Source: Candidatus Levybacteria bacterium RIFCSPLOWO2_02_FULL_37_18 (GTDB lineage: Bacteria > Patescibacteriota > Microgenomatia > Levybacterales > UBA12049). From it: 62,563 nt of DNA. The stretch lies in NCBI GenBank assembly GCA_001784115.1, contig MFPD01000002.1, positions 1 through 62,563 of the forward strand. Reading direction: 5' to 3'. The notes below the pieces were generated by a model that saw nothing but the letters and a program-made list of their open reading frames with translations, did no database searches and had not been told where the DNA came from. The position numbers and the translations under genes are program-made. Below are positions 1 to 8,490 of this stretch, piece by piece (position 1 is the first letter of the stretch; every line of letters begins with the position of its first letter).

Positions 1-91
1 CTCCTTTCCGGAAAGTGATTAAGATTATGTAACAATTGAAACTTCGTTTACATGTAACAATTCAAATGTCGTGTAACAATCATAAACCCTC

Positions 92-120
92 TTGACACGG
101 AAAGAATTATTTAGTAATAT
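92..120 (+). promoter_or_regulatory. sigma70-type promoter of the his leader
   Basis: TTGACA (92-97), 17 nt spacer, TAATAT (115-120), just upstream of the T-box leader. Confidence 0.6.
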
Positions 121-320
121 ACTATAAGATTAAAAGAAAAAGCGTCATGAGTGGAGTCACGATCCACGATCAGAAATGAACGTTGAGAGCCAAAATACTC
201 TACGGAAGTCAACCGTAAAATTCAACAGACGATGTCACCGCGAGGTAGAGTCGCCACCAAGAGGTTCAAGAAGCAATTTTTGAACAAAAAGGATGGGACC
301 GCGGGAGGTCCTTTTTTGTT

Positions 321-448
321 ACCTCTCGTTCCTTACACATTTCTGTCATTGCGAGGTCGCCTGAGGTGACCGAAGCAATCTCACAAGATTACTTCGTCGC
401 TTCGCTCCTCGTAATGACGGTAAATAGTAACGAACGGGAGGTTTTTTG
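321..448 (+). terminator. T-box intrinsic terminator with enlarged loop
   Basis: ACCTCTCGTTC (321-331) pairs with GAACGGGAGGT (432-442, one G-U pair), followed by a T run; mutually exclusive with the antiterminator. Confidence 0.75.
345..418. repeat. GTCAT...ATGAC palindromic element
   Basis: GTCATTGCGAGG..GAAGCAATC..GATTACTTCG..CTCGTAATGAC; same family as 6868-6966 and 31965-32053. Confidence 0.85.
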
Positions 449-462
449 TTGAGCGAAGAAGG

Positions 463-1347
463 ATGTATATGGCTAATTTAAACAAAAACAGTATAAAACT
501 TGCAATACAAAAAGAGGGACGTTTAACAAATGAAACGCTGGATTTTTTGCGTAAATCCGGCCTGGAATTTGAGAGCTACAAACAAAAGCTCTTTGTCAGC
601 GCGCGCAATTTTCCTTTGGAAATTTTGTATGTCAGAGATGATGATATACCGGATTATGTCGAAAGCGGAGTTGTAGATCTGGGAATTTTAGGACAAAATA
701 TTTTAAATGAAGAACGGCCGAAAGTAAAAAAACTGCTTAATTTACGCTTCGGATTTTGCTCACTGGTAATTGCAGTTCCGAAAGAATCAAACATTACAAA
801 CGTCAAAGATTTAAAAAATAAAAAAATTGCAACTACGTATCCTTCTTCAACAAAATACTTTTTTAAAAAACAAAATATTCCCGTAGAAATTGTGACAATT
901 AGCGGATCTGTAGAAATTACTCCTTTCTTGGGAATTGCAGATGCAATCGTTGACATGACATCAACAGGATCCACTCTTGCTTTAAATGATTTACGATTTT
1001 TGGAAAAACTATATGACTCCGAAGCGGTCTTAATTGCTAACCAAAATGCAACAGCTAGTGTGTATCAAAAAAATCTTATTGGAAAACTCATCATTCGCTT
1101 TAAAGGAGTCTTGTCAGCAAAAAACTATAAATATGTTCTGATGAACGCTCCGGAAGATGTGTTACCGAAGCTCAAAAAAATCACTCCTGGTCTAAAATCT
1201 CCGACAATTTCTCCTCTAACAAAAGAAGGCTGGGTCTCTGTTGGGACAGTAATTAAAGAAGAAGTTTTCTGGGAAACAGTTGAAAAATTAAAAGATCTTG
1301 GAGCAACAGGGATTATTGTTTTACCAATAGAAAAAATGATTACCTAA
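463..1347 (+). CDS. hisG: ATP phosphoribosyltransferase, long form
   Basis: LAIQKEGRL, VRDDDIP, GSVE, DAIVD motifs plus C-terminal regulatory domain; start may be 469. Confidence 0.95.
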   Translation: MYMANLNKNSIKLAIQKEGRLTNETLDFLRKSGLEFESYKQKLFVSARNFPLEILYVRDDDIPDYVESGVVDLGILGQNILNEERPKVKKLLNLRFGFCSLVIAVPKESNITNVKDLKNKKIATTYPSSTKYFFKKQNIPVEIVTISGSVEITPFLGIADAIVDMTSTGSTLALNDLRFLEKLYDSEAVLIANQNATASVYQKNLIGKLIIRFKGVLSAKNYKYVLMNAPEDVLPKLKKITPGLKSPTISPLTKEGWVSVGTVIKEEVFWETVEKLKDLGATGIIVLPIEKMIT

Positions 1348-1353
1348 ACACCT

Positions 1354-2697
1354 ATGTTGCGAATTTACAACTGGAAAAAAACAGATCAAAAGACAAAACA
1401 AAAAATCCTGCAAAGATCAATGATAGATATTTCCTCTGTCAAGGAGTATGCAGAAAGATGGATTGAGATTATTAAAAAAGAAGGCGATAAGGGAATTTTA
1501 AAATATACCAGAGAGTTCGATAATAAAAATTTTGATCTTAAAAACTTAACAGTTGGAAAAAGTGAGATAGAACAAGCTTACAAAAAGGTAAATCCAAAAG
1601 CAGTTGAGGTAATTAAAAGACAAATTAGTATTTCCCGCCAAAATGCGATGTCAAAAGCCAAACAGGAAACTATTTTAAAATCATTTATCCCTGGTGTTAT
1701 GGTTGGTTATAAAATAACTCCAATTGAGTCTGTCGGTTTAGCTGTTCCTGCGGGACAAGTTCCCCTCCCAACAGTAATGCAAATATTAGCTGTTACTGCT
1801 AAGGCTGCCGGTGTATCAAGAGTTATTGCATGTTTCTCTCCTACTGGTGATTATCCGGAAATGCTTATTGCCGCAGATTTGGCCGGAGTAGATGAAATAT
1901 ACAGAGTTGGTGGAATTGCCGGAGTTGCGGCCATGGCGTATGGAACAGAAACTATTCACCCCGTGTTAAAAATTGTAGGTCCGGGAAGTATTTATACACA
2001 AGCCGCGAAAATGTTGGTCTTTGGTAAAGTAACAATTGATATGGTGGCCGGACCATCTGAAGCAGTTATCTTAGCTGATGAGAGTGCTAATCCCGTTTTC
2101 TGTGCTGCGGATATTTTAGCAAGAGCCGAACACGCTCCCGATGCTACAGGTGTTCTTGTCACCTATTCCAAAGAATTAGCAAAAGCAACCCAAAAGGAAG
2201 TTGCAAGACAAATAAAATACTTAAAAAGAAAAGCGGTAATTGAAAAATCTCTACATAATTATTCTTGTGCAATTGTGGTCAAGAATTGGCAGGAAGCTAT
2301 TGATGTAACAAATGACTATAGTCCCGAGCATTTGGAAATTTTAACAGATGATCCTTTTGCAGTTTTGCCAAAAATTAAAAACGCCGGCTCTATATTCTTA
2401 GGAAAGTACGCGCCGGTTGCCATAGGCGATTATGCAAGCGGAACAAATCATATCTTACCAACAGGTTATTGGTCAAAAATGGTTTCCGCGGTAAGTGTTG
2501 AAACATTTCAAAAATCTTCCGAAGTTCAGTATGTAACAAAAGAGGGACTATTAAATCTCGAAGAAATTGTAGATGTTGTCTCGGGGATAGAAAAATTAGA
2601 TGCTCACTGGAATAGCGTTAATATACGCATAAATAAGAAAAGGAGACTCTGGGATATGCTCAAAAATTCGAAATCCGAAGCACGAAATCCGAAATAA
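1354..2697 (+). CDS. hisD: histidinol dehydrogenase; C-terminus runs into a repeat element
   Basis: [26 protein letters not shown] motifs; tail [10 protein letters not shown] is encoded by a 7-mer repeat arm. Confidence 0.92.
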   Translation: MLRIYNWKKTDQKTKQKILQRSMIDISSVKEYAERWIEIIKKEGDKGILKYTREFDNKNFDLKNLTVGKSEIEQAYKKVNPKAVEVIKRQISISRQNAMSKAKQETILKSFIPGVMVGYKITPIESVGLAVPAGQVPLPTVMQILAVTAKAAGVSRVIACFSPTGDYPEMLIAADLAGVDEIYRVGGIAGVAAMAYGTETIHPVLKIVGPGSIYTQAAKMLVFGKVTIDMVAGPSEAVILADESANPVFCAADILARAEHAPDATGVLVTYSKELAKATQKEVARQIKYLKRKAVIEKSLHNYSCAIVVKNWQEAIDVTNDYSPEHLEILTDDPFAVLPKIKNAGSIFLGKYAPVAIGDYASGTNHILPTGYWSKMVSAVSVETFQKSSEVQYVTKEGLLNLEEIVDVVSGIEKLDAHWNSVNIRINKKRRLWDMLKNSKSEARNPK

Positions 2698-2760
2698 ATT
2701 CTAATTTAGATTATTCGAATTTTGGTATTGTTTCGAATTTCGATATTTGATATTCGAGTT
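2664..2760. repeat. 7-mer-periodic imperfect hairpin element
   Basis: AAATTCG AAATCCG AAGCACG AAATCCG ... TTTCGAA TTTCGAT ATTTGAT ATTCGAG. Confidence 0.75.
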
Positions 2761-2778
2761 TACGAAATATGCATACTT

Positions 2779-4050
2779 ATGAACTTAATAGATATCCAGA
2801 AATTAGCAAAAACAGATAAAAAAAGCGCAGAAGAAAAACTGCTTGTATTAACTCGGGAAATTTTTCCACAGCTTTCCATTCAGAAAATTTTAATAGATCA
2901 AAAATCATACTCACTTAATTCTGTTTTTGGTTTTATTACTATTGAGAGAAAAGAATACTTTTTTAAATTCCACAGCGAAGAAGGTGAGGAAAAAACCCTT
3001 AAAGAATATTACAACTCAGAGCTTTTATCAAAAAATGGCTTCCCTACTCTATTGCCTGTTTATAAATCAACAAAACCGGGAAAGCAATTTTTAATCTATA
3101 AAAAAATTTCTGACCCAAATGTTTTTGACGTATTAGATAGATTAGAAAAAACATATCTTAAAAATAAAACCTATGATCAAAAACTCAAAACAAAACTAAT
3201 AAAAACAGAAGAATCATTTGATAAACAAATAATCAAAAAATCTTTGCAAACATTAAAAACAGTTCCAGCGAAAAAAGTTGCAAAAGAAGAAATCAATCAG
3301 CTTTTCTATAACAGATTGGTTTCAGATATTACTACTCCCCGACTTGATTTGTTTTATAAAAACAAGAGCATGGGGCTTCCAAATGGAACAATACTTTCTT
3401 TTGAGGATTTGAAAAGATTACATTGGAATATAGATGGTGTATTATATAAAAAAACTATAGATGAACTTATTATAGAAGCAAAACGTCTTCTTAATCCCCT
3501 ACGGCTTACAAGATATCCTGTTATTACCGGTCATGGTGATGACCACAACGGAAATAAATTTTTCACAAAAAAAGGCTTTGTGTATTTTGATCATGCATTT
3601 GCCGGAGAAAATCAATATGCTCTTTTAACATTTATAAAGACAACATTTCACGATTGCCTGGCACATCCCCTATGGCTTTATGATCCAAAAGATTTTAATA
3701 TTGAGTTGTATAATACAATTAAAAAAAATGTGATTGAAATTGAAACAAATTTTAATTGGATTTCATGGGCTCCAGTTAGGGAAGAATTATTATGGATAAA
3801 AATAAAACAACTCTGGGTTCCGTTAATTAAAAAATTAAAATCGAAAAATCTGTTAGAAAAAGAGTGGGAAATATTCATAAGAAGCGCTCTTTTTACCTGT
3901 CCGTTTCTTGTATATAATCTTATTGATGAAAAAAGAATTTCTCCTCTGCATTCATTGTTTGCATTATCACAATGTGTGGTTGTCGGATCAAAATCAAAAA
4001 ACGGACCAATGGAAAAATATTTTGAGTATATGAAAGAGATGCTGAACTAA
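2779..4050 (+). CDS. APH/choline-kinase-like phosphotransferase-fold protein
   Basis: YFFKF Lys strand, HGDDHNGN Brenner-like motif, FDHAFAG Mg-binding motif; start moved to ATG 2779 because the upstream part of the ORF is repeat. Confidence 0.65.
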   Translation: MNLIDIQKLAKTDKKSAEEKLLVLTREIFPQLSIQKILIDQKSYSLNSVFGFITIERKEYFFKFHSEEGEEKTLKEYYNSELLSKNGFPTLLPVYKSTKPGKQFLIYKKISDPNVFDVLDRLEKTYLKNKTYDQKLKTKLIKTEESFDKQIIKKSLQTLKTVPAKKVAKEEINQLFYNRLVSDITTPRLDLFYKNKSMGLPNGTILSFEDLKRLHWNIDGVLYKKTIDELIIEAKRLLNPLRLTRYPVITGHGDDHNGNKFFTKKGFVYFDHAFAGENQYALLTFIKTTFHDCLAHPLWLYDPKDFNIELYNTIKKNVIEIETNFNWISWAPVREELLWIKIKQLWVPLIKKLKSKNLLEKEWEIFIRSALFTCPFLVYNLIDEKRISPLHSLFALSQCVVVGSKSKNGPMEKYFEYMKEMLN

Positions 4051-4073
4051 ATTCAGCATGACAAAGAAAAACT

Positions 4074-4805
4074 ATGATTACAATAATCGACTACGGTCTG
4101 GGAAACCTTACCAGCGTTAAAAATGCCTTGGATAAACTTGGAATTAATAATCAGATTTCCGCAGACTTATCTATTCTAGAAAAATCAGATGCTCTTATTT
4201 TACCAGGTGTCGGTGCAGCTAAAGCAGGAATGCAAAATTTAAAAAAGAAAAAAATCGATCAGGAAATTATTGCACATGTAAAAAAGGGGAAACCATTTCT
4301 AGGGGTATGTCTTGGTATGCAGTTGTTAATGAGTTTTTCGAAAGAAGGAAACGTAGAATGTCTTAATATAATTCCGGGAAGAGTCGTCATTCTGGGGATG
4401 ACTCAGGGCGAAGCGTGGAGGAGGACTCCAGAATCAAAAATAAGCGATTCTGGGCAGAAAACTCAGCTCTCACAAGCCCCGCTGAACGGGGCAAGCCAGA
4501 ATGTGACGGATTACGATTTTAAGGTACCACAAATTGGTTGGAACAACGTAGAAATTCAGAATTCAGAATTCAGAATTCAGAATTCTCTTTTTAAGAATAT
4601 CCCTGATAAGAGTTTTTTTTATTTTGTGCACTCATACTACTGTGAACCGGAGGATAAATCTGTAATTGCAGGAATAACAGAATATGGTATTGAGTTTTGT
4701 TCTGTATTGCAAAAAGAGAATGTTTGGGGAGCGCAATTCCATCCTGAAAAAAGCTCTGATGCCGGCTTACAGATGTTAAAGAACTTCTCAAAAATATGTA
4801 CTTAA
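4074..4805 (+). CDS. hisH: imidazole glycerol phosphate synthase glutaminase subunit, with two in-frame inserts
   Basis: PGVG, GVCLGMQ (catalytic Cys), YFVHSY, QFHPE. Confidence 0.95.
   Translation: MITIIDYGLGNLTSVKNALDKLGINNQISADLSILEKSDALILPGVGAAKAGMQNLKKKKIDQEIIAHVKKGKPFLGVCLGMQLLMSFSKEGNVECLNIIPGRVVILGMTQGEAWRRTPESKISDSGQKTQLSQAPLNGASQNVTDYDFKVPQIGWNNVEIQNSEFRIQNSLFKNIPDKSFFYFVHSYYCEPEDKSVIAGITEYGIEFCSVLQKENVWGAQFHPEKSSDAGLQMLKNFSKICT
4386..4507. repeat. palindromic element inserted in frame in hisH
   Basis: GTCATTCTGG..CCAGAATC..GATTCTGG..CCAGAATGTGAC; encodes about 40 extra aa (ILGMTQGEAW...SQNVT). Confidence 0.85.
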
Positions 4806-4837
4806 GTTTTGAGATTTGAGTTTTGAGTTGTAAATAT

Positions 4838-5644
4838 ATGTTAGTTATTCCCGCCATCGATATTAAAAACGGACAGTGCGTCAGACTTACTCAGGGAGAT
4901 TTTACAAAAGAAAAAATCTACGAGCAAGATCCTGTTGCCATGGCAAAAAAGTTTGAACAGAATGGGCCAGATTTGATTCATATTGTAGACCTGGACGGAG
5001 CAAAAGATGGACTTATGAAAAATAAAAAGGTGATTGAACAAATATCAAAGACTATTCAAGTCCCCATTGAGTTAGGAGGCGGAATCCGTGACAAAAAAAC
5101 AATTGATGGACTTTTATCCTTTGTAGATAGAATTATTTTAGGAACAGCAGCAATTGAAAACAAAGAATTCTTAAAAGAAGCAATAACCAAATATGGAGAT
5201 AGAATCGCTGTTTCTCTTGACGCAAAAGATGGGAAACTCACAACAAGAGGATGGGTTGAGACAACAGATCAAGATGTATTTGATTACGCCAAAGAACTGG
5301 AATCAATTGGGATTCAAACCATAATCTATACAGACATTGCAAGAGACGGTACACTCACCTCCCCTAATTTTAGTTCTATAGAACGATTAAGAAGTTATAT
5401 TTCGTGTTTCCTAATTGCAAGCGGCGGTGTTTCTTCTTTAGAAGATATTAAAAAACTAAAAGAACTTGGAGTTGACGGAGTTATTATCGGAAAAGCTCTC
5501 TATGAAGGAAAAGTAGATTTAAAAGAAACGATTGCGATTTGTCATCCTGAACTTGTTTTCACCGAGTCAGACTCGGTTTCAGGATCTGTTATGAAAGGAG
5601 ATGCTGAACTGAGAATTCAGCATGACACAGTGTATGCTGGCTAA
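4838..5644 (+). CDS. hisA: ProFAR isomerase; C-terminus extended by a palindromic element (5541-5626)
   Basis: [30 protein letters not shown] motifs; tail CHPELV...IQHD. Confidence 0.93.
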   Translation: MLVIPAIDIKNGQCVRLTQGDFTKEKIYEQDPVAMAKKFEQNGPDLIHIVDLDGAKDGLMKNKKVIEQISKTIQVPIELGGGIRDKKTIDGLLSFVDRIILGTAAIENKEFLKEAITKYGDRIAVSLDAKDGKLTTRGWVETTDQDVFDYAKELESIGIQTIIYTDIARDGTLTSPNFSSIERLRSYISCFLIASGGVSSLEDIKKLKELGVDGVIIGKALYEGKVDLKETIAICHPELVFTESDSVSGSVMKGDAELRIQHDTVYAG

Positions 5645-6389
5645 AAGAATTATACCCTGTCTGGATGTAGATTGTGGACGAGTAACAAAAGGGGTTCAAT
5701 TTTTAAAACACAAGGATGCAGGAGATCCTGTTGAACTGGGAAAATTTTACAGCAATCAAGGCGCGGACGAACTCGTTTTTTTGGATATTACTGCTTCTTA
5801 TCAAGGAAGGAAAACTATAATTGACGTTGTAGGAAAAGTTGCCAAGGAAGTTTTTATTCCGTTTACTGTTGGAGGTGGCATTTCTTCAATTGATGATATT
5901 AAAACAATTCTTCGCGCCGGCGCTGACAAAGTGTCTGTAAACACTGCTGCTGTAAAAAATCCCAGGTTTATTTCCATTGGTGCAAACGCATTTGGTAATC
6001 AATGCATTGTATTGGCAATCGATGCAAAGAAAAAAAACGATTCTTGGGAAATATATATTCACGGGGGACGAACACCAACAGGAATAGATGCAGTTGAATG
6101 GGCAAAAGAAGGAGTTACAAAAGGAGCGGGAGAAATTTTACTAACCAGTATGGATGCTGACGGAACAAAACAAGGATATGATATTGAGTTGACAAAAACA
6201 ATTTCCGAACAGGTTTCGGTTCCGGTAATTGCGTCAGGAGGAGCAGGAAAAGTAGAAGATTTTAGAGATGTGTTTGAACAAGGCAAAGCAGACGCAACAC
6301 TTGCCGCTTCCCTTTTTCACTTCAAAGAGATTACAATAAAAGAGGTAAAAGAATACTTACAAGATAAGAAAATTCCTGTAAGAATATAA
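5634..6389 (+). CDS. hisF: imidazole glycerol phosphate synthase cyclase subunit
   Basis: [35 protein letters not shown]. Confidence 0.96.
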   Translation: MLAKRIIPCLDVDCGRVTKGVQFLKHKDAGDPVELGKFYSNQGADELVFLDITASYQGRKTIIDVVGKVAKEVFIPFTVGGGISSIDDIKTILRAGADKVSVNTAAVKNPRFISIGANAFGNQCIVLAIDAKKKNDSWEIYIHGGRTPTGIDAVEWAKEGVTKGAGEILLTSMDADGTKQGYDIELTKTISEQVSVPVIASGGAGKVEDFRDVFEQGKADATLAASLFHFKEITIKEVKEYLQDKKIPVRI

Positions 6390-6522
6390 ATCCGAATACC
6401 AAAATTCGAAATCCGAAACAAATACAAATGTTCAAAATACAAAAATACAAAACGTTTTTAACATTATTAAATTAGAATTTTGAAAATTGTTTCGAGTTTC
6501 GATATTCGAATTTCGAATTTTT
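6390..6522. repeat. 7-mer-periodic imperfect hairpin element
   Basis: Left arm AAATTCG AAATCCG AAACAAA TACAAAT; right arm TTGTTTCG AGTTTCG ATATTCG AATTTCG. Confidence 0.8.
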
Positions 6523-6528
6523 AAACAT

Positions 6529-6858
6529 ATGAATGTTGACTTTAAAAAAGGAAAAGGACTTATTCCGGCAGTAATCCAAGAATACGGTTCGGATAAAATT
6601 TTAATGCTCGGATTTATGAACGAAGAGGCTTTTAAAAAAACAAAAGAAACAGGCTTTGTGCATTTTTATTCCAGAACAAGAAAAAAACTCTGGAAAAAAG
6701 GAGAAGAATCCGGAAACACCTTAGAGGTTGAAGAAATGTATGCAGACTGCGATAATGATTCAATTCTCATTAAGGCAGTTTTGCATGGAGATGCCTGCTG
6801 TCATACAGGCGAAAAGAGTTGCTTTTTCACAAAGATGTATGATCAAAAGTTATCCTAA
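6529..6858 (+). CDS. hisI: phosphoribosyl-AMP cyclohydrolase
   Basis: YSRTR..LWKKGEESG, DCDND, CHTGEKSCF. Confidence 0.95.
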   Translation: MNVDFKKGKGLIPAVIQEYGSDKILMLGFMNEEAFKKTKETGFVHFYSRTRKKLWKKGEESGNTLEVEEMYADCDNDSILIKAVLHGDACCHTGEKSCFFTKMYDQKLS

Positions 6859-6867
6859 ACATCCGTC

Positions 6868-6966
6868 GTCATTGCGAGTATAGCGAAGCCAGGTACCATA
6901 CGGTACTTGGCGAAGCAATCTATTTTGCTTATGAGATTGCTTCGTCATTACATTCCTCGCAATGAC
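6868..6966. repeat. GTCAT...ATGAC palindromic element
   Basis: GTCATTGCGAG..CGAAGCAATC..GAGATTGCTTCG..CTCGCAATGAC with an inner hairpin. Confidence 0.85.
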
Positions 6967-6978
6967 AAATTTATAACT

Positions 6979-7254
6979 ATGACTACAGAAGAACTCTACC
7001 AAATTATTCTTAATAGAAAACAAAACCCAAAAGAAGGTTCGTATGTATCTTCATTGTTTAAACTTGGAATGGACAGAATTTCTCAAAAAGTAGGAGAAGA
7101 AGCAGTTGAAGTAGTCGTTGCATCGGCTCAAGAAACCAAACAAAGAGTTATCGAAGAAACAGCTGACCTTTGGTTTCATACTCTTGTATTATTAGCCCAA
7201 CTAAACATAGAGCCCAAAGAAATTTTTGAAGAACTCGAAAAAAGACATAAATGA
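6979..7254 (+). CDS. hisE: phosphoribosyl-ATP pyrophosphohydrolase
   Basis: GSYVSSL, QKVGEEAVE, ETADLWFH. Confidence 0.95.
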   Translation: MTTEELYQIILNRKQNPKEGSYVSSLFKLGMDRISQKVGEEAVEVVVASAQETKQRVIEETADLWFHTLVLLAQLNIEPKEIFEELEKRHK

Positions 7255-7266
7255 TATAATCAGTTT

Positions 7267-8490
7267 ATGAAACTGCAGACATTAAAAGGTTTCCGGGATT
7301 TTTTGCCAAAAGAGGCCAAAAAAAGGCAATTTGTTATTAACACTATAAAACAGGTGTTTGAGTCCTTTGGTTTTGAACCCTTAGAAACTCCTGCTCTAGA
7401 ATACGAAGAAGTTCTTTTGGGAAAATATGGGCAAGAAGGAGACAAGCTCATGTACCGTTTTGTTGACAACGGAGGAAGAAAAGTCGCTATGCGCTATGAT
7501 CAAACAGTGCCGACTGCTCGCGTTGTTGCTCAATATCAAGAGCTTGCCTTCCCTTTTAAGCGCTATCAAATACAACCGGTATGGCGGGCAGAAAACACGC
7601 AAAAAGGCAGATTTAGGGAATTCCTGCAATGTGATGCTGATACTTTTGGAACCACTTCCCCACTTACCGACGCAGAGGTAATCGCTGTTGCGATACAAGC
7701 TCTTAATACTCTCGGGTTTTCTCAGTTTAAAGTTTTGATAAATGACCGAACTGTGTTTGAGAATTTACCAAAAGAAGCAATTATTGTAATTGACAAACTT
7801 AAAAAAATTGGCGTTGACGGAGTAGCAAGAGAATTAGTTGAAAAAGGAATTGCAAAAACTATTAACGATGCTACTTCGATGATTCGAATCATCGAAGTAA
7901 AAACACTAACAGAAACTGTTACAAAAATCTTTTCTTATTTAAGTTCATTGGGTATTAACTCGAAATATTTTGAGTTCTCTCCGACACTTGCCCGCGGACT
8001 TGATTATTACACTTCAACTATTTTTGAGATAGAAATAGAAGGATATTCTGCCGGCTCTGTATGCGGAGGAGGAAGATACGACAATTTAATTGGACAACTT
8101 GGCGGAAAAGATACACCTGCTGTTGGATTCGCTTTTGGCTTTGATCGGCTCATGGAAGCGCTTGAAGAGTTTAAACTTTTTCCCCAAGAACTTAATCCTG
8201 TTAAAGCATTGGTAACTATTTTCTCAAAAGAATTAGTTGAACAATCAATTTCAATATGTTCTCAACTTCGTTCGAACAATATTTCAACAGAACTTTTCCC
8301 TGATGAAAATACTGCTTTAGAAAAACAATTAAAATACGCGGATAAAAAAGGAATTATGTATGTGGTTATTATTGGCCCGGAAGAAATAAAAGAAAATAAA
8401 GTAACTCTTAAGAATCTGAAAACCAGAGAACAAAAAACCTCTTCACAAAATGACATACTAGAGATTCTTCGTTCTTCGAACTCAGAATGA
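7267..8490 (+). CDS. hisS: histidyl-tRNA synthetase
   Basis: KGFRDFLP, RYDQTVP, GRFREFLQCD, RGLDYY, GGGRYD, C-terminal anticodon-binding domain; TATAAT 6 nt upstream of the ATG. Confidence 0.95.
   Translation: MKLQTLKGFRDFLPKEAKKRQFVINTIKQVFESFGFEPLETPALEYEEVLLGKYGQEGDKLMYRFVDNGGRKVAMRYDQTVPTARVVAQYQELAFPFKRYQIQPVWRAENTQKGRFREFLQCDADTFGTTSPLTDAEVIAVAIQALNTLGFSQFKVLINDRTVFENLPKEAIIVIDKLKKIGVDGVARELVEKGIAKTINDATSMIRIIEVKTLTETVTKIFSYLSSLGINSKYFEFSPTLARGLDYYTSTIFEIEIEGYSAGSVCGGGRYDNLIGQLGGKDTPAVGFAFGFDRLMEALEEFKLFPQELNPVKALVTIFSKELVEQSISICSQLRSNNISTELFPDENTALEKQLKYADKKGIMYVVIIGPEEIKENKVTLKNLKTREQKTSSQNDILEILRSSNSE

Larger units (their letters stand above)
138..448 (+). ncRNA. T-box riboswitch, His-specific, ultrashort Stem I, transcriptional
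   Basis: Antiterminator AAGGA(289-293)-TGGGACC bulge(294-300)-GCGGGAGGT(301-309) pairs with ACCTCTCGT(321-329)-TCCTT(330-334). Stem III GTTCAA..TTGAAC precedes it. Short hairpin GTGGA-GTCACGA-TCCAC (151-167) carries His codon CAC (158-160). Lies upstream of hisG. Confidence 0.85.

Noticed and set aside
121-462. His-rich leader-peptide attenuator for the his operon
   Set aside because: No short ORF with tandem His codons; the leader is fully explained by T-box elements.
7267-8490. HisZ (regulatory subunit of HisG) instead of HisS
   Set aside because: HisG is the long form, and this protein has intact motif 2/3, RGLDYY, GGGRYD and a C-terminal anticodon-binding domain.
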